Source: Nitrospinota bacterium (lineage in GTDB: Bacteria > Nitrospinota > Nitrospinia > Nitrospinales > VA-1). From it: a DNA stretch of 64,000 nt. Position 1 is the first letter of the stretch; each line of letters opens with the position of its first letter. The translations under genes were made by a program, and so were the position numbers. The stretch is taken from NCBI GenBank assembly GCA_028345515.1, contig JAOMDP010000002.1:65180-129179 (forward strand), given 5' to 3'. Under the pieces are notes generated by a model, which was not told where the DNA came from, ran no database searches, and worked only from the letters and a program-made list of their open reading frames with translations. This document shows, one piece after another, positions 41,882 through 51,830 of this stretch.

Positions 41882-42685
41882 ATGGAAGAAGTAAGTTTTG
41901 AGCAAATAATAACGGCAAATCTAGTCGATAACGGTAAACTTTTAGATCTAGAAGACAAAAATATCGGTATTGAAGAATTACGTCTTTTAGCAGCAAGCAA
42001 AGAATTGACCGGGGTGAAACAACTTTATCTTAGCCAAAATCAGTTGTGTGGGGAAGCCATCGAAGTTCTTTGTCAGGTAAAGTGTTTACCTGAGCTTACC
42101 TCTCTTTACCTCAATCACAATATCATTGGCGACGAAGAAGCAAAGTCTCTTGCCCAGGCTGATCTTTTAAAAAGTTTAAAATGTATCATGCTGGAAGCCA
42201 ACAATATCGGCCCAAAAGGTGCAGCCGCCCTGGCCGAATCTCCAAACCTAAAAAATATGGAAATCATTTTTCTGGATTCAAATCCTATTGGAGCCGAAGG
42301 CGCAAGGGCGATTGCCACATCAGAACATTGGCCCAGTTTGAAAGCACTACACCTTGATAGCACCGGAATCGGTGATGCGGGGACCGAGGCACTTGCTCAA
42401 AGTAAGTATTTAACGGATCTGGAAAAACTATATTTATGCTCCAATAAAATGGGTAATGCTGGGGCTATAGCTATTGCAAACTCGCCCTACTTGAAGAACC
42501 TGACTGCTTTAAGTATCTGGAGGAACGAAATAAGAGATGAAGGGGGACAAGCTATCGCAGAATCAGAAACTTTTTCGAACCTGGACCGCCTTTATATGAG
42601 TCTAAACTATATAGAACGCCCCATTCGAAAAGTGATTCGAAGCTCTGGGCTTGCACAACGTTTAACCACTCTGGTAATGGACTGA
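41882..42685 (+). CDS. Ribonuclease-inhibitor-type leucine-rich repeat protein
   Basis: At least six consecutive 28-residue repeats of the form LxxLxLxxNxIGxxGaxaLAxSxxLxx, for example LKALHLDSTGIGDAGTEALAQSKYLTD. No signal peptide. Confidence 0.8.
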   Translation: MEEVSFEQIITANLVDNGKLLDLEDKNIGIEELRLLAASKELTGVKQLYLSQNQLCGEAIEVLCQVKCLPELTSLYLNHNIIGDEEAKSLAQADLLKSLKCIMLEANNIGPKGAAALAESPNLKNMEIIFLDSNPIGAEGARAIATSEHWPSLKALHLDSTGIGDAGTEALAQSKYLTDLEKLYLCSNKMGNAGAIAIANSPYLKNLTALSIWRNEIRDEGGQAIAESETFSNLDRLYMSLNYIERPIRKVIRSSGLAQRLTTLVMD

Positions 42686-42691
42686 ACTGTC

Positions 42692-42823
42692 ATGACAAAA
42701 GAAAATAAAGAAAATTATGATTACAGCCACGGCAAATTTTTTAATGTGTTTTTCCACGTGGGAGTTGTTTTTAACGTTATTCTAGTCATCTGGATGATTC
42801 TCGTCTTCACAGAGATCATTTAG
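42692..42823 (+). CDS. Possible small membrane peptide (43 aa)
   Basis: Hand-translated ATG ORF 6 nt after the LRR gene stop, with one hydrophobic helix (VGVVFNVILVIWMILVF). No clear RBS. Confidence 0.25.
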   Translation: MTKENKENYDYSHGKFFNVFFHVGVVFNVILVIWMILVFTEII

Positions 42824-42854
42824 ATAAAATATTGAACAGGTATTTATGCTTTAG

Positions 42855-43643
42855 TCAGTCGATGGTTAGGCTGGAAGAAGAAGCGGCTTTCACGAGAAGT
42901 TCTGAATTTTTCCATTGCAGGCGTTTTTTAGAAATCAGGTAATCTCCCCCGGCATTCCTAAATCGGCGCCATTCCCGTCCCATATAAATTTCATTTGGCC
43001 GAAAACTAGCTTTGTAGTTTAACGATGCATTCTCGGCAATATAATAACCAAGATAAAAGTATTTCATTCCATACTGGTTCGCATACTCTAATTGTTTTAA
43101 TACACTATAGGTTCCAAGGCTCATTCTTTTATCCGCCACATCATAAAAAGTATAGATAGCCGAAAAAGATTTTGATGTTTTATCACCTAAGGCCACGCCA
43201 ACAAGTTTACCATCCAAATAATACTCAAATTCTATACCGAATGGCGTATTGACATAAAATGACATTCGAAAGTTTTGTTCGTCTTCTACATCATCCTGTA
43301 ACGAATTAAATCTCTCTTTATGTTTTAGGTACAGTTTAAACTTTTCTTCTGTATAGACGGGATCACCAATTTTCATTTTGATATTTTCACATGTGGCCAA
43401 CGCGCGCTTCTGGTTACGTGTCATTTTAAATTCATTGATACGTACACGGATAGGGATACATAGGTAACAATTCTGGCAGCGGGGTCGAAAATAATAATCC
43501 CCAAAATGTCTCATACCATGTGCCAAAAGATACTCAAACTCCACTTCAGAAACATCTTCCAGTAAGTACTCTTCAAATAGTGACTGGCGGTCCTGAAAAT
43601 AACCACACTGAAAGGATCGGGAATCTATAAAATGCGCGAACAT
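42855..43643 (-). CDS. bpt: Arginyl/aspartyl-glutamyl tRNA-protein transferase (Bpt/ATE family)
   Basis: N-terminal CGYFQDR and RPRCQNCYLCIPIRV Cys motifs, C-terminal acyltransferase region (YLGYYI). 262 aa. Confidence 0.85.
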   Translation of the reverse strand: MFAHFIDSRSFQCGYFQDRQSLFEEYLLEDVSEVEFEYLLAHGMRHFGDYYFRPRCQNCYLCIPIRVRINEFKMTRNQKRALATCENIKMKIGDPVYTEEKFKLYLKHKERFNSLQDDVEDEQNFRMSFYVNTPFGIEFEYYLDGKLVGVALGDKTSKSFSAIYTFYDVADKRMSLGTYSVLKQLEYANQYGMKYFYLGYYIAENASLNYKASFRPNEIYMGREWRRFRNAGGDYLISKKRLQWKNSELLVKAASSSSLTID

Positions 43644-43773
43644 ATTTACGGGCCCTAATGAGTTGTGAAATAGGAAAATTGATTTTACTTTAACCTATTC
43701 TATAATATATTGACGCCTGATTACAAAGGGGTATTGAAATTAGGAGAAATTAGAAAATTATTGGGGCAATATT

Positions 43774-44451
43774 TTGAAAACTTCTATCATCATTCCCACC
43801 TTAAATGAAGCGCGGTATTTGAGTGAAACTTTGGCACAAATACAACAGCTATCGCCTCACGAAATTATTATTAGCGATGGGGGCAGCAATGATAACACCC
43901 TCAAAATCGCCTCTAAATTTACTCAAAATCTAATAAAAGGACCTGCTGGGCGTGCACTGCAAATGAACGCGGGAGCTCAGGTCGCCACAGGTGACCTTCT
44001 ACTTTTTCTCCATGCTGATAGCTGTATTGAACGCGCCAGTTATCAGAAAATGTTGGCCGCAATGAAAAAACCAGAAGTACTTGGAGGGGCCTTCTCGCTT
44101 CTAATTGATTCAGACAGATGGGCTTTACAAATAATCAACCAGTTTGCAAATCTGCGTTCAAGATACCTTGGAAGAGCATATGGGGATCAGGCTTTTTTTG
44201 TAAAAAAACATGTCTTTCAGGAAATGAGAGGGTTTACGGATTTTCCTATATGTGAAGACTTAGATTTCTATAAACGACTAAAAATTTTAGGTCCGGTAGT
44301 CCTCCTCAAAGAAGAAGTTCTCACTTCTCCTCGCAGGTGGATAAATGAAGGTATCTGGTTTACCACAATCAGAAATATTCTCATTGCGACTTTATTCGAA
44401 TTAGGTTTTCCGCCTCGCATTCTTACGAAATGGTACCAAATCATCCGCTAA
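43774..44451 (+). CDS. Family 2 glycosyltransferase
   Basis: SIIIPTLNEA, ISDGGSNDNT, LFLHADS (DxD-like region). TTG start. Confidence 0.85.
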   Translation: MKTSIIIPTLNEARYLSETLAQIQQLSPHEIIISDGGSNDNTLKIASKFTQNLIKGPAGRALQMNAGAQVATGDLLLFLHADSCIERASYQKMLAAMKKPEVLGGAFSLLIDSDRWALQIINQFANLRSRYLGRAYGDQAFFVKKHVFQEMRGFTDFPICEDLDFYKRLKILGPVVLLKEEVLTSPRRWINEGIWFTTIRNILIATLFELGFPPRILTKWYQIIR

Positions 44452-44605
44452 ACACTCAAAATGATACCTATTGCATTTCCCGCAAACCCAAAATAGCTCA
44501 TCCAACTGCTTACTCAAGCTTTTCTTTATTATCCCGTCAAAAACTCCAACTGCAATTTTTTAATAAAAAGATATGATATGCCTGCTATACGGTGGGGATT
44601 GACTG

Positions 44606-44634
44606 TTGCATCGTAGCATTCCAGTCCATATAAT
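44606..44634 (+). promoter_or_regulatory. Sigma70-like promoter for the 44679-47162 operon
   Basis: TTGCAT (44606-44611), 17-nt spacer, TATAAT (44629-44634). About 45 nt upstream of the ATG at 44679. Confidence 0.5.
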
Positions 44635-44678
44635 TAGTATTAACCTATACACAATTAAAAAAAGGTTTATTTCAAAAA

Positions 44679-45140
44679 ATGGCTAATAAAAAGAAACCTG
44701 GGCCAAAACACTCTAAAATTAATAAAAAACGTACCTCTAAAATAGCTATGGTAGTTTTTGTCTGTATCGTAGTTGTAGGGGTTTATGTAGGTACAAAACC
44801 TTCAGTAAAAGTTCAGCCTGTAGCACCAGCGACAGGAACATTAATTGAAACACGTCCCATCTTAACCGATGCAATGTTTGTAGGAAGAGTAGCAAAGGCC
44901 TACCGAATTGCTGCAGAAATACCTAAGGTGTTGGACAGTTTATTTTGCTACTGTTATTGCAAAAAAAATCACAATCATAAAACTTTGTTGACTTGCTACA
45001 CAAATAAGCATGGCTCAAAATGCGATATTTGCTTAAACGAAGTTTTTTATGCTTATGAATTATATAATCAAGGTAAAACTCTAGACGAAATTGTTGTTGC
45101 GGTAGACAAAAAATTCTATCGCCCTTATCGCCGAGCTTAA
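44679..45140 (+). CDS. Membrane-anchored Cys-rich protein, PCYCGC-motif-like
   Basis: Basic N-terminus plus a TM helix. Extracytoplasmic domain has FCYCYCKKNHNHKTLLTCY...HGSKCDICLNE, resembling the PCYCGC-motif family as I recall it. Confidence 0.55.
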   Translation: MANKKKPGPKHSKINKKRTSKIAMVVFVCIVVVGVYVGTKPSVKVQPVAPATGTLIETRPILTDAMFVGRVAKAYRIAAEIPKVLDSLFCYCYCKKNHNHKTLLTCYTNKHGSKCDICLNEVFYAYELYNQGKTLDEIVVAVDKKFYRPYRRA

Positions 45141-45173
45141 ACCCTTATAAAATCATTTCAAACCCACTCTAAA

Positions 45174-45737
45174 ATGGAAAACGTTTCTCAAGATAAACCT
45201 ATTAGCATTTACATTCCTTATACGTTTCTGGTAGCAGCATTACTGTCCGTATTTGTTATATCGCTCAACAAGGTAGAGTTAAAACCCTTTGAGACCGAAT
45301 ATCCCGCGGAAGCTTTTATATCTCCAAACTTTGAACTACCAAGTTTGTTAGGCGGCAAAGTAAAACTTTCTGACTACCGAGGTAAAGTAGTGTTTATAAA
45401 TTTCTGGGCTACCTGGTGTGGTACCTGCGAAGTTGAAATGCCCTCAATGGAAAAATTGTATCGTAAATTCAAGGACCATGGATTCGAAATGCTCACTATA
45501 AGTGTTGACAAAGATCAGACGTTGATCGAACCATTTATGAAAAAATTCAATCTAACCTTCCCCGTATTGTTAGACCCAGAAAGCATGGTGGCCAAAAAAG
45601 TTTACAAAACTACCGGAGTTCCAGAAACATTTATCGTTGGTCGAGAAGGATTGATTCGGCACAAAGCTGTTGGCCCTAGAGACTGGGCCAACGATGAAAC
45701 GATAGAAGCTTTTACGCAATTGGTAATGGGATCATGA
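45174..45737 (+). CDS. TlpA/ResA-like thiol-disulfide oxidoreductase
   Basis: TM anchor. Thioredoxin fold with the WATWCGTC active site and the GVPETFIV cis-Pro region. Confidence 0.85.
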   Translation: MENVSQDKPISIYIPYTFLVAALLSVFVISLNKVELKPFETEYPAEAFISPNFELPSLLGGKVKLSDYRGKVVFINFWATWCGTCEVEMPSMEKLYRKFKDHGFEMLTISVDKDQTLIEPFMKKFNLTFPVLLDPESMVAKKVYKTTGVPETFIVGREGLIRHKAVGPRDWANDETIEAFTQLVMGS

Positions 45738-46144
45738 AACAACTTTTAATCATTATTACCTTATCTATCTTTGCTTTTATCACCCAAAATGTATTTGCGC
45801 ATGGTGGGGGTCATAAAAAGGAAACGGCTCCAATTCCAGCTACTGAAGAACCAGCTGATTCGATGTATGTAACGGGAGAAAAGGAGTCAGATCCATTTGA
45901 AAGCCCTGAATTGTTTTCTCCCGGCGACCTATTTATGCCAGGAGAAATTGAGCCCGAAAAAAGTGAATCAATGGATATGGAGGGCAGCCACAGTGAAAAT
46001 AATGAGCACAGTATGCCCAAAGTGGAATCGGCAAAACATAAAGCTATAGAAACATCAAGCAAAGGCTATGCTACGGCATTAGGTATTACTGTTTTCGCAG
46101 GTCTTATTTTTGCAGGGCTTACTTTCATAAGACCAGGAGAATAA
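45734..46144 (+). CDS. Signal-peptide plus C-terminal-anchor protein with acidic Met/His-rich linker
   Basis: Start overlaps the tlpA-like stop (ATGA). Signal peptide ends ...[12 protein letters not shown]. Low-complexity E/D/P/M/H region. C-terminal [20 protein letters not shown]. Confidence 0.6.
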   Translation: MKQLLIIITLSIFAFITQNVFAHGGGHKKETAPIPATEEPADSMYVTGEKESDPFESPELFSPGDLFMPGEIEPEKSESMDMEGSHSENNEHSMPKVESAKHKAIETSSKGYATALGITVFAGLIFAGLTFIRPGE

Positions 46145-46148
46145 CAGC

Positions 46149-47162
46149 ATGGCTAACGGACTTACAAAAATCTTGGAAGACCGATTAGGCCTGCACCTTC
46201 TCGAATACGATATCCCCGAACATTCAAACTCCATAAAATATTCCCTAGGAGGAATGACCCTTTCTTCCTTTGGGATTCTGGTAATCAGTGGCATCTTGCT
46301 ATCGCAATTTTTCATCCCCGATCCCGAGCGCGCCAATCGAAGCCTGCATTACCTAGTCGATCAAGTTTATCTGGGTTGGTATCTTCGCGGCATTCACTTT
46401 TGGGCGGGAGAAGTATTGACCGTAACCATGATACTCCATGCCATTCGTGTTTTCTTCACCGCTTCCTATAAAAACCCACGAGAAATCAACTGGCTCATTG
46501 GAATCGGAATCATGACTATGATGGGCACTCTACTATTCACCGGCACAGTTCTAAAGTGGGATCAAGAAGCTTATGAGGCGTTGGCGCATTTCCTTTGGGT
46601 TGCCGAGAAAATGGGGCCTTTTGGTCTACCTCTTACCGAAGCTTTTGCTCAGGGGGTTCCTTTACTAAATAGGATTTACATGGCACATATTTCCCTATTA
46701 CCCATCATCGTGATCCTGATGATTGGATTGCATTTATTCTATATTAAATACCATAAGCTATCGCAATTACCGGATGCTACAAAGCCCGCTAAAAATATTC
46801 CATTTACTCAGCATATGGCCTACTTGAGGAGAGCCGGCGCCGGGATCTTATTATTAATTTGTCTGCTTGCACTTACTATTGCACCGCCTTTAGGAGAGGA
46901 ACCGGTATTGGGCCTCGAAGTTACCAAGCCTCCCTGGCAATTTGTTTGGATCTATGCATTGGAAAATGTGTGGGTACCTTTTTTAATTGTAGCCCCGCCT
47001 ATAATTATAGGATTTTTGCTAGCTGTTCCCATAGTTGATCAAAACAAAGAGCGCTATTGGAAAAAGCGCCCCCTCGCAAGCGCTGTTCTGGCAGGTTTTA
47101 TATTAATTTTTGCAGCCTTAATTATTTGGGGTAGTGTGACCACAATGACTCACTCCATGTAA
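46149..47162 (+). CDS. Cytochrome b (fused b6 plus subunit-IV-like), b6-type heme spacing
   Basis: Helix B His pair is [15 protein letters not shown] (14 apart). Helix D pair is [16 protein letters not shown] (15 apart). [13 protein letters not shown] is present. PPWQF stands where PEWY normally sits. About 7 TM helices. Starts 4 nt after the upstream stop. Confidence 0.85.
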   Translation: MANGLTKILEDRLGLHLLEYDIPEHSNSIKYSLGGMTLSSFGILVISGILLSQFFIPDPERANRSLHYLVDQVYLGWYLRGIHFWAGEVLTVTMILHAIRVFFTASYKNPREINWLIGIGIMTMMGTLLFTGTVLKWDQEAYEALAHFLWVAEKMGPFGLPLTEAFAQGVPLLNRIYMAHISLLPIIVILMIGLHLFYIKYHKLSQLPDATKPAKNIPFTQHMAYLRRAGAGILLLICLLALTIAPPLGEEPVLGLEVTKPPWQFVWIYALENVWVPFLIVAPPIIIGFLLAVPIVDQNKERYWKKRPLASAVLAGFILIFAALIIWGSVTTMTHSM

Positions 47163-47253
47163 CTGAACCACAACTGTGGAAACGGGTCAGCACCTATAAC
47201 AAAAATTCCATAACCGAAAAAATTCAAATTACTCGTTTTACCATCGTGAATTC

Positions 47254-47499
47254 ATGCAAATACAAATCGAAATCCTGACCAAAAAAGATTGTGGCTTATG
47301 CGATGATGCTAAAGAAATTGTTGAGCGGGTTTTGCCTGACTTCCCAGCAACACTAAAAATGATTGATATCGAATCCAACTCCGATCTTTTTGAGAAATAT
47401 AAAGAAAAAATACCTGTAGTGCGCATCAATGGAAAAGAAAACTTCGTATATAAAGTGCACGAAATAACTTTAAGAAAAAAACTAGAAAAACTTATTTAA
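47254..47499 (+). CDS. Glutaredoxin-like protein (DUF836 type)
   Basis: 81 aa. LTKKDCGLCDDAK CxxC motif and IPVVRING. Confidence 0.75.
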   Translation: MQIQIEILTKKDCGLCDDAKEIVERVLPDFPATLKMIDIESNSDLFEKYKEKIPVVRINGKENFVYKVHEITLRKKLEKLI

Positions 47500-47529
47500 T
47501 AATTTGCTTTGTAGGAATGGAGAATAGCA

Positions 47530-47835
47530 ATGGTAGAAAAAACTGCATTGACTGAACAGGAATTGGAAGAGAAGCTAAAAGATATGGCACCAGAATGGAA
47601 AACAGGCAAAAACGAAAAAGGGGTATCTTTTATTCAGCGGGTACACCATGCTTCAAAGTTTATGCAAGGAATTGATTTTGTCGGTAAAGTTGCGGAGGCT
47701 GCAGAAGAAAACAATCATCATCCCGATATCATCATAAACTACAAACGAATTTCCATCCGTTATTGGACGCATACAGCGAGTGGGGTTACCCTGGCAGATA
47801 TTCAAATGGCACAAAAAATCGATCCGTTATTTTAA
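47530..47835 (+). CDS. Pterin-4-alpha-carbinolamine dehydratase
   Basis: HHPDIIINYKRISIRYWTH signature. 101 aa. Confidence 0.9.
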   Translation: MVEKTALTEQELEEKLKDMAPEWKTGKNEKGVSFIQRVHHASKFMQGIDFVGKVAEAAEENNHHPDIIINYKRISIRYWTHTASGVTLADIQMAQKIDPLF

Positions 47836-49076
47836 CCGCCCTGAATCTCAGCCTGCATGATGTCATCCAGGGTTTGACGTTTTCGGGTCAGCGTGCAAAT
47901 ATCACCATCGATAATTACTTCGGGAATTAAAGGCTGGGAATTATAGTTCGAAGACATGACATGACCATAGGCCCCTGCCCCTCCAATTACGATGCAGTCA
48001 CCTGACTTAGGCATAGGTAATTTTCTTGGAACCGGTTCTTCATCCTTCTGGGTTAATACATCTCCAGATTCACAGACGGGACCAGCGATAATCAAATTTT
48101 GTTCGGGACCCAACTCTTCTCCATCAAACCAGATGGGATGAAAAGAACCATATGCCATTGGCCGGATTAAATGGCAAAAACCAACATTTGTTAAAACATA
48201 ATCGATTCGTTTTCCCTCTTCGTCAAAAGTGTGATTAAGAGATCGCACTTCGCCGATCAAATATCCACATCCTGCTACAAAGCGTCTTCCCGGCTCTATC
48301 TCACAAACCACTTCCCTGCCGAAATGTTCTCTAAGAACTTTCGCTCTCTCATCGATAATTGCTTTATAGCCCGTAATATCTTCCTGCGGTTGATCAGGAT
48401 CATACTGGTAAGGTAAACCACCTCCAAAATTAATGGTTTCTACATCTGGAAATTCTTTAGCAAATTCTACCAATTTTCCTGTAATACGCTTAAGGTGTTC
48501 CATATCTCCACCAGAACCAATATGCATATGCACACCAGATAGAGTCAGATTATATTTATTCAGTAATTGCTTGACCTCATCCAGGTTTTGGTACCAGATG
48601 CCATGTTTACTATAGGGTCCACCGGTATTGGTTTTTTTGGAGTGCCCTGCTCCCTCTCCCGGATTAATACGAATAGATATTTTGGGTGAACCAGTGGTCT
48701 GTTTTTTTAAAGCCTGACCATACTCTTCGACCATTCCTAATGTGCCGCAGTTACAATAAATATTATTTTCCAAACAATAGTTCACATCATTGGAATTAAA
48801 AAAAACATCGCTGGTGAAGCAAATATCTTCGGCCTTATAACCGGCTCTAAGAGCACGCTGTACTTCATATACACTAACCGCATCTATTTTTACTCCATTG
48901 GCCAACATCTCTTGCAAAATTCTCACATTGGAGGAAGCTTTCATTGCGTAACGCGTGACAGGAGATAGTTTTTTTATTTCCTGGATGGCCCTACGCAAAA
49001 TTTCCAAACTATATACATAAACAGGAGTACCAAACCTACTGGCGATCTCCCGAACTTCGACTTTTTCAATTTTCAT
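47832..49076 (-). CDS. lysA: Diaminopimelate decarboxylase family PLP enzyme
   Basis: FGTPVYVYS, YAMKASSN (PLP Lys), HMHIGSG, EPGRRFV, GPVCESGD. Divergent from speA, so an ornithine/lysine-type substrate cannot be excluded. Confidence 0.8.
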   Translation of the reverse strand: MKIEKVEVREIASRFGTPVYVYSLEILRRAIQEIKKLSPVTRYAMKASSNVRILQEMLANGVKIDAVSVYEVQRALRAGYKAEDICFTSDVFFNSNDVNYCLENNIYCNCGTLGMVEEYGQALKKQTTGSPKISIRINPGEGAGHSKKTNTGGPYSKHGIWYQNLDEVKQLLNKYNLTLSGVHMHIGSGGDMEHLKRITGKLVEFAKEFPDVETINFGGGLPYQYDPDQPQEDITGYKAIIDERAKVLREHFGREVVCEIEPGRRFVAGCGYLIGEVRSLNHTFDEEGKRIDYVLTNVGFCHLIRPMAYGSFHPIWFDGEELGPEQNLIIAGPVCESGDVLTQKDEEPVPRKLPMPKSGDCIVIGGAGAYGHVMSSNYNSQPLIPEVIIDGDICTLTRKRQTLDDIMQAEIQGG

Positions 49077-49242
49077 TTTAATCTCGTATTTACAGTGTTG
49101 ATTCAGCTAAACAGTCCAAAGTTTATAGCACAGTTTTGCAAAACAAAAAAAACGCTTTGTTTTCAATTGACATTTAAACACTTTAAGGTAATTTGAATAA
49201 ATTCAAATAATAAGTTTATATTGTAAAAAAGGACTCTCCTAA

Positions 49243-51165
49243 ATGCCGAAGTGGACCATTGAAGAAGCCCGCGAGCACTATAACATCCGGGGCTGGGGTG
49301 CAGGCTATTTCGATATCAATGCGAAAGGAAATATTGTAGTACGCCCTAATCGAAAAAACAAACATGACATAGATCTTAAGAATCTGGTCGATGACATTCA
49401 GTCGAAAGGTTATTCTCTCCCTGTCCTCATCCGTTTTTCAGATATTCTAAAAGCCAGCATCGCAAACCTTGCCAATTCTTTTCAACGCGCTATCGATGAA
49501 TACAAATATAATGGTAAATACCACGGGGTATATCCGATCAAGGTCAACCAACAAAGACAGGTTGTTGAAGAAATTGTCAAATTTGGTCAGCCCTACAACA
49601 TCGGACTTGAAGCCGGATCCAAACCAGAATTACACGCTATCCTTGCTATTTTGGATAACCCGGAAGCTCTGCTTGTTTGCAACGGCTACAAAGATGAATC
49701 ATTTATCAGGCTTGCATTGATGAGCCAGAAGCTGGGCAAAAAAGTTTTTATCGTAGTAGAAAAGCTCGATGAATTATCCCTTATAGATAAAGTCGCCAAA
49801 GATCTTGGTGTAAAACCGAATATTGGTTTGCGCATCAAACTATTGAGCACCGGGCAAGGTCGTTGGTCCTCTTCAGCAGGCGAATACTCAAAATTCGGTT
49901 TAAATTCGATAGAGCTGATGGAAGCTTTGCAAATAGCCAAAGACAATAGCATTCTCGACTGTATCAAATTAATACATTTTCATTTAGGTAGTCAGGTCAC
50001 TAATATCCGTCGCATCAAAAGCAGCTTGCAGGAAGTGGGAAGATTTTATTCTGAGCTAATGAAGTTTGGTTGCAACATTGAGCATATTGATGTCGGGGGA
50101 GGATTAGGAGTAGATTACGATGGTTCTCGTTCTACTTTTGCATCCAGCACCAATTATTCAGTGCAAGAGTATGCCAACGATGTCGTATACCACCTTTTAG
50201 AAATCTGTAATAAGGAAAACCTACCGCATCCAAACATTATCTCTGAATCAGGACGAGCCATGACCGCACACCATTCAATACTAGTGGTAAACGTTCTCGA
50301 TGTTACCAGCTTTCCTGAATGGAGTAATACCATCGAAGTCAAAGATGATGCTCCCGAAGTGGTAAAAGAAATTTTTTATGTGCTAGACTCCGCTTCGAAC
50401 AAAAATCTAATTGAATCCTGGCATGATGCGGTCCATTTAAAAGAGGAGGCACAAAACCAATTTCTTTTAGGGATCATTTCCCTTGAAAATAGAGCTCTGT
50501 CGGAAAGAATCTTCTGGGGTATTTGTCGAAAAATTGAACAACTCAGCTCTCGCTTGAAATTCATGCCCGACGAGATCCGCAGCTTAAAAACCACACTCGC
50601 AGATAAATACTTCTGTAATTTTTCTGTTTTTCAATCCGTTCCTGATTCTTGGGCTATTGACCAGGTTTTTCCAGTAGTACCCATCTACCGATTGAACGAA
50701 GAACCCTCACGCGACGCCACACTCGAAGATATTACCTGCGATTCAGACGGCAGGATAGACAATTTCATAGGTAGTCATCGTGGCACAGAAAGAACCCTGC
50801 GCGTCCATAATCTGGAACCCGGTGAAACCTACCCTCTTTGTATTTTTTTAACCGGAGCGTACCAGGAAATTCTGGGTGATCTACATAATCTGTTTGGTGA
50901 TACCAATACCGTTCATGTTTCTCTTAACGAGGATGGCACATTAAATTATGAACAGATTATTGAAGGTGAAGATGTAACCGATGTGCTCGATTATGTTCAG
51001 TTCTCAGCAGACGAGCTTGCAGGCCGTATTGATGGTTTTCTTATTGGCTGTGTGCAGCGAGGGATTGTCACACAAAAAGAGGCGAATGATTTTTCAAATC
51101 TATATAAAGAGGGTTTAGAGGGTTACACCTATTTGGTAGATCCCGATAGGGCTCATAAAAAATAA
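49243..51165 (+). CDS. speA: Biosynthetic arginine decarboxylase
   Basis: YNIRGWGAGYFDIN, YPIKVNQQ, HFHLGSQ, DVGGGLGVDYDG. 640 aa. Confidence 0.95.
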   Translation: MPKWTIEEAREHYNIRGWGAGYFDINAKGNIVVRPNRKNKHDIDLKNLVDDIQSKGYSLPVLIRFSDILKASIANLANSFQRAIDEYKYNGKYHGVYPIKVNQQRQVVEEIVKFGQPYNIGLEAGSKPELHAILAILDNPEALLVCNGYKDESFIRLALMSQKLGKKVFIVVEKLDELSLIDKVAKDLGVKPNIGLRIKLLSTGQGRWSSSAGEYSKFGLNSIELMEALQIAKDNSILDCIKLIHFHLGSQVTNIRRIKSSLQEVGRFYSELMKFGCNIEHIDVGGGLGVDYDGSRSTFASSTNYSVQEYANDVVYHLLEICNKENLPHPNIISESGRAMTAHHSILVVNVLDVTSFPEWSNTIEVKDDAPEVVKEIFYVLDSASNKNLIESWHDAVHLKEEAQNQFLLGIISLENRALSERIFWGICRKIEQLSSRLKFMPDEIRSLKTTLADKYFCNFSVFQSVPDSWAIDQVFPVVPIYRLNEEPSRDATLEDITCDSDGRIDNFIGSHRGTERTLRVHNLEPGETYPLCIFLTGAYQEILGDLHNLFGDTNTVHVSLNEDGTLNYEQIIEGEDVTDVLDYVQFSADELAGRIDGFLIGCVQRGIVTQKEANDFSNLYKEGLEGYTYLVDPDRAHKK

Positions 51166-51171
51166 TCCATA

Positions 51172-51804
51172 TCAATTATTTGATATTTGCAAATCTCTTA
51201 TTTTCTGTATCCTTTTTTTATTGGTCGGATGAGTGGAAAAATAACTTGCCTTTTTAGACTTACCTCCTGATTTTTTTTGAAGTACGTTTAAAAGTTGAAG
51301 ATAGTATTCGGTTGAAAGGCCAGCTTTATTTAAATACCCAACTCCAACTTTATCCGCTTCCAGTTCTTGAGGGCGAGAAAACCCATTCACAACTACTGGC
51401 TTAACTAAATATTCGCTATAACCTGCTCCCGGAACAAACATATTCAACACAGAAAATCCAATCGATGTCAGAATAGAAACTCCTAGTTTAGTGTAATAAT
51501 GTCCCGATTTTAAATGGGCAATCTCATGCGCTGCTACGGCGACGCGCTGCTCCTTCGTCAACTCGTGAAGAAAGTTTGCAGTAATGTGTACTTTATTTCC
51601 AGTGGTCACCCAAGCATTGGAGAAGTTATCGTAATGCACCACAGCAACAAACTCTTCATCAGGAAAGTTTGCCAAAGCAATCGTATCTATTGCTGTTTTC
51701 CACAAGGAAATATCATAAGCGCATCCAGCACAATCTTTTTTATGCGTAGATTGGCAAGCAGCTAATAAGAAAATTATCAGAAAAAATATGAAAGTTTTTT
51801 TCAT
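51172..51804 (-). CDS. M48-family zinc metallopeptidase lipoprotein
   Basis: Lipobox LLAAC, HEIAHLKSGH (HExxH), downstream ELEADKVG. Confidence 0.8.
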   Translation of the reverse strand: MKKTFIFFLIIFLLAACQSTHKKDCAGCAYDISLWKTAIDTIALANFPDEEFVAVVHYDNFSNAWVTTGNKVHITANFLHELTKEQRVAVAAHEIAHLKSGHYYTKLGVSILTSIGFSVLNMFVPGAGYSEYLVKPVVVNGFSRPQELEADKVGVGYLNKAGLSTEYYLQLLNVLQKKSGGKSKKASYFSTHPTNKKRIQKIRDLQISNN

Positions 51805-51830
51805 AGATGTTGCTAGGGCTATTGAAGGAA

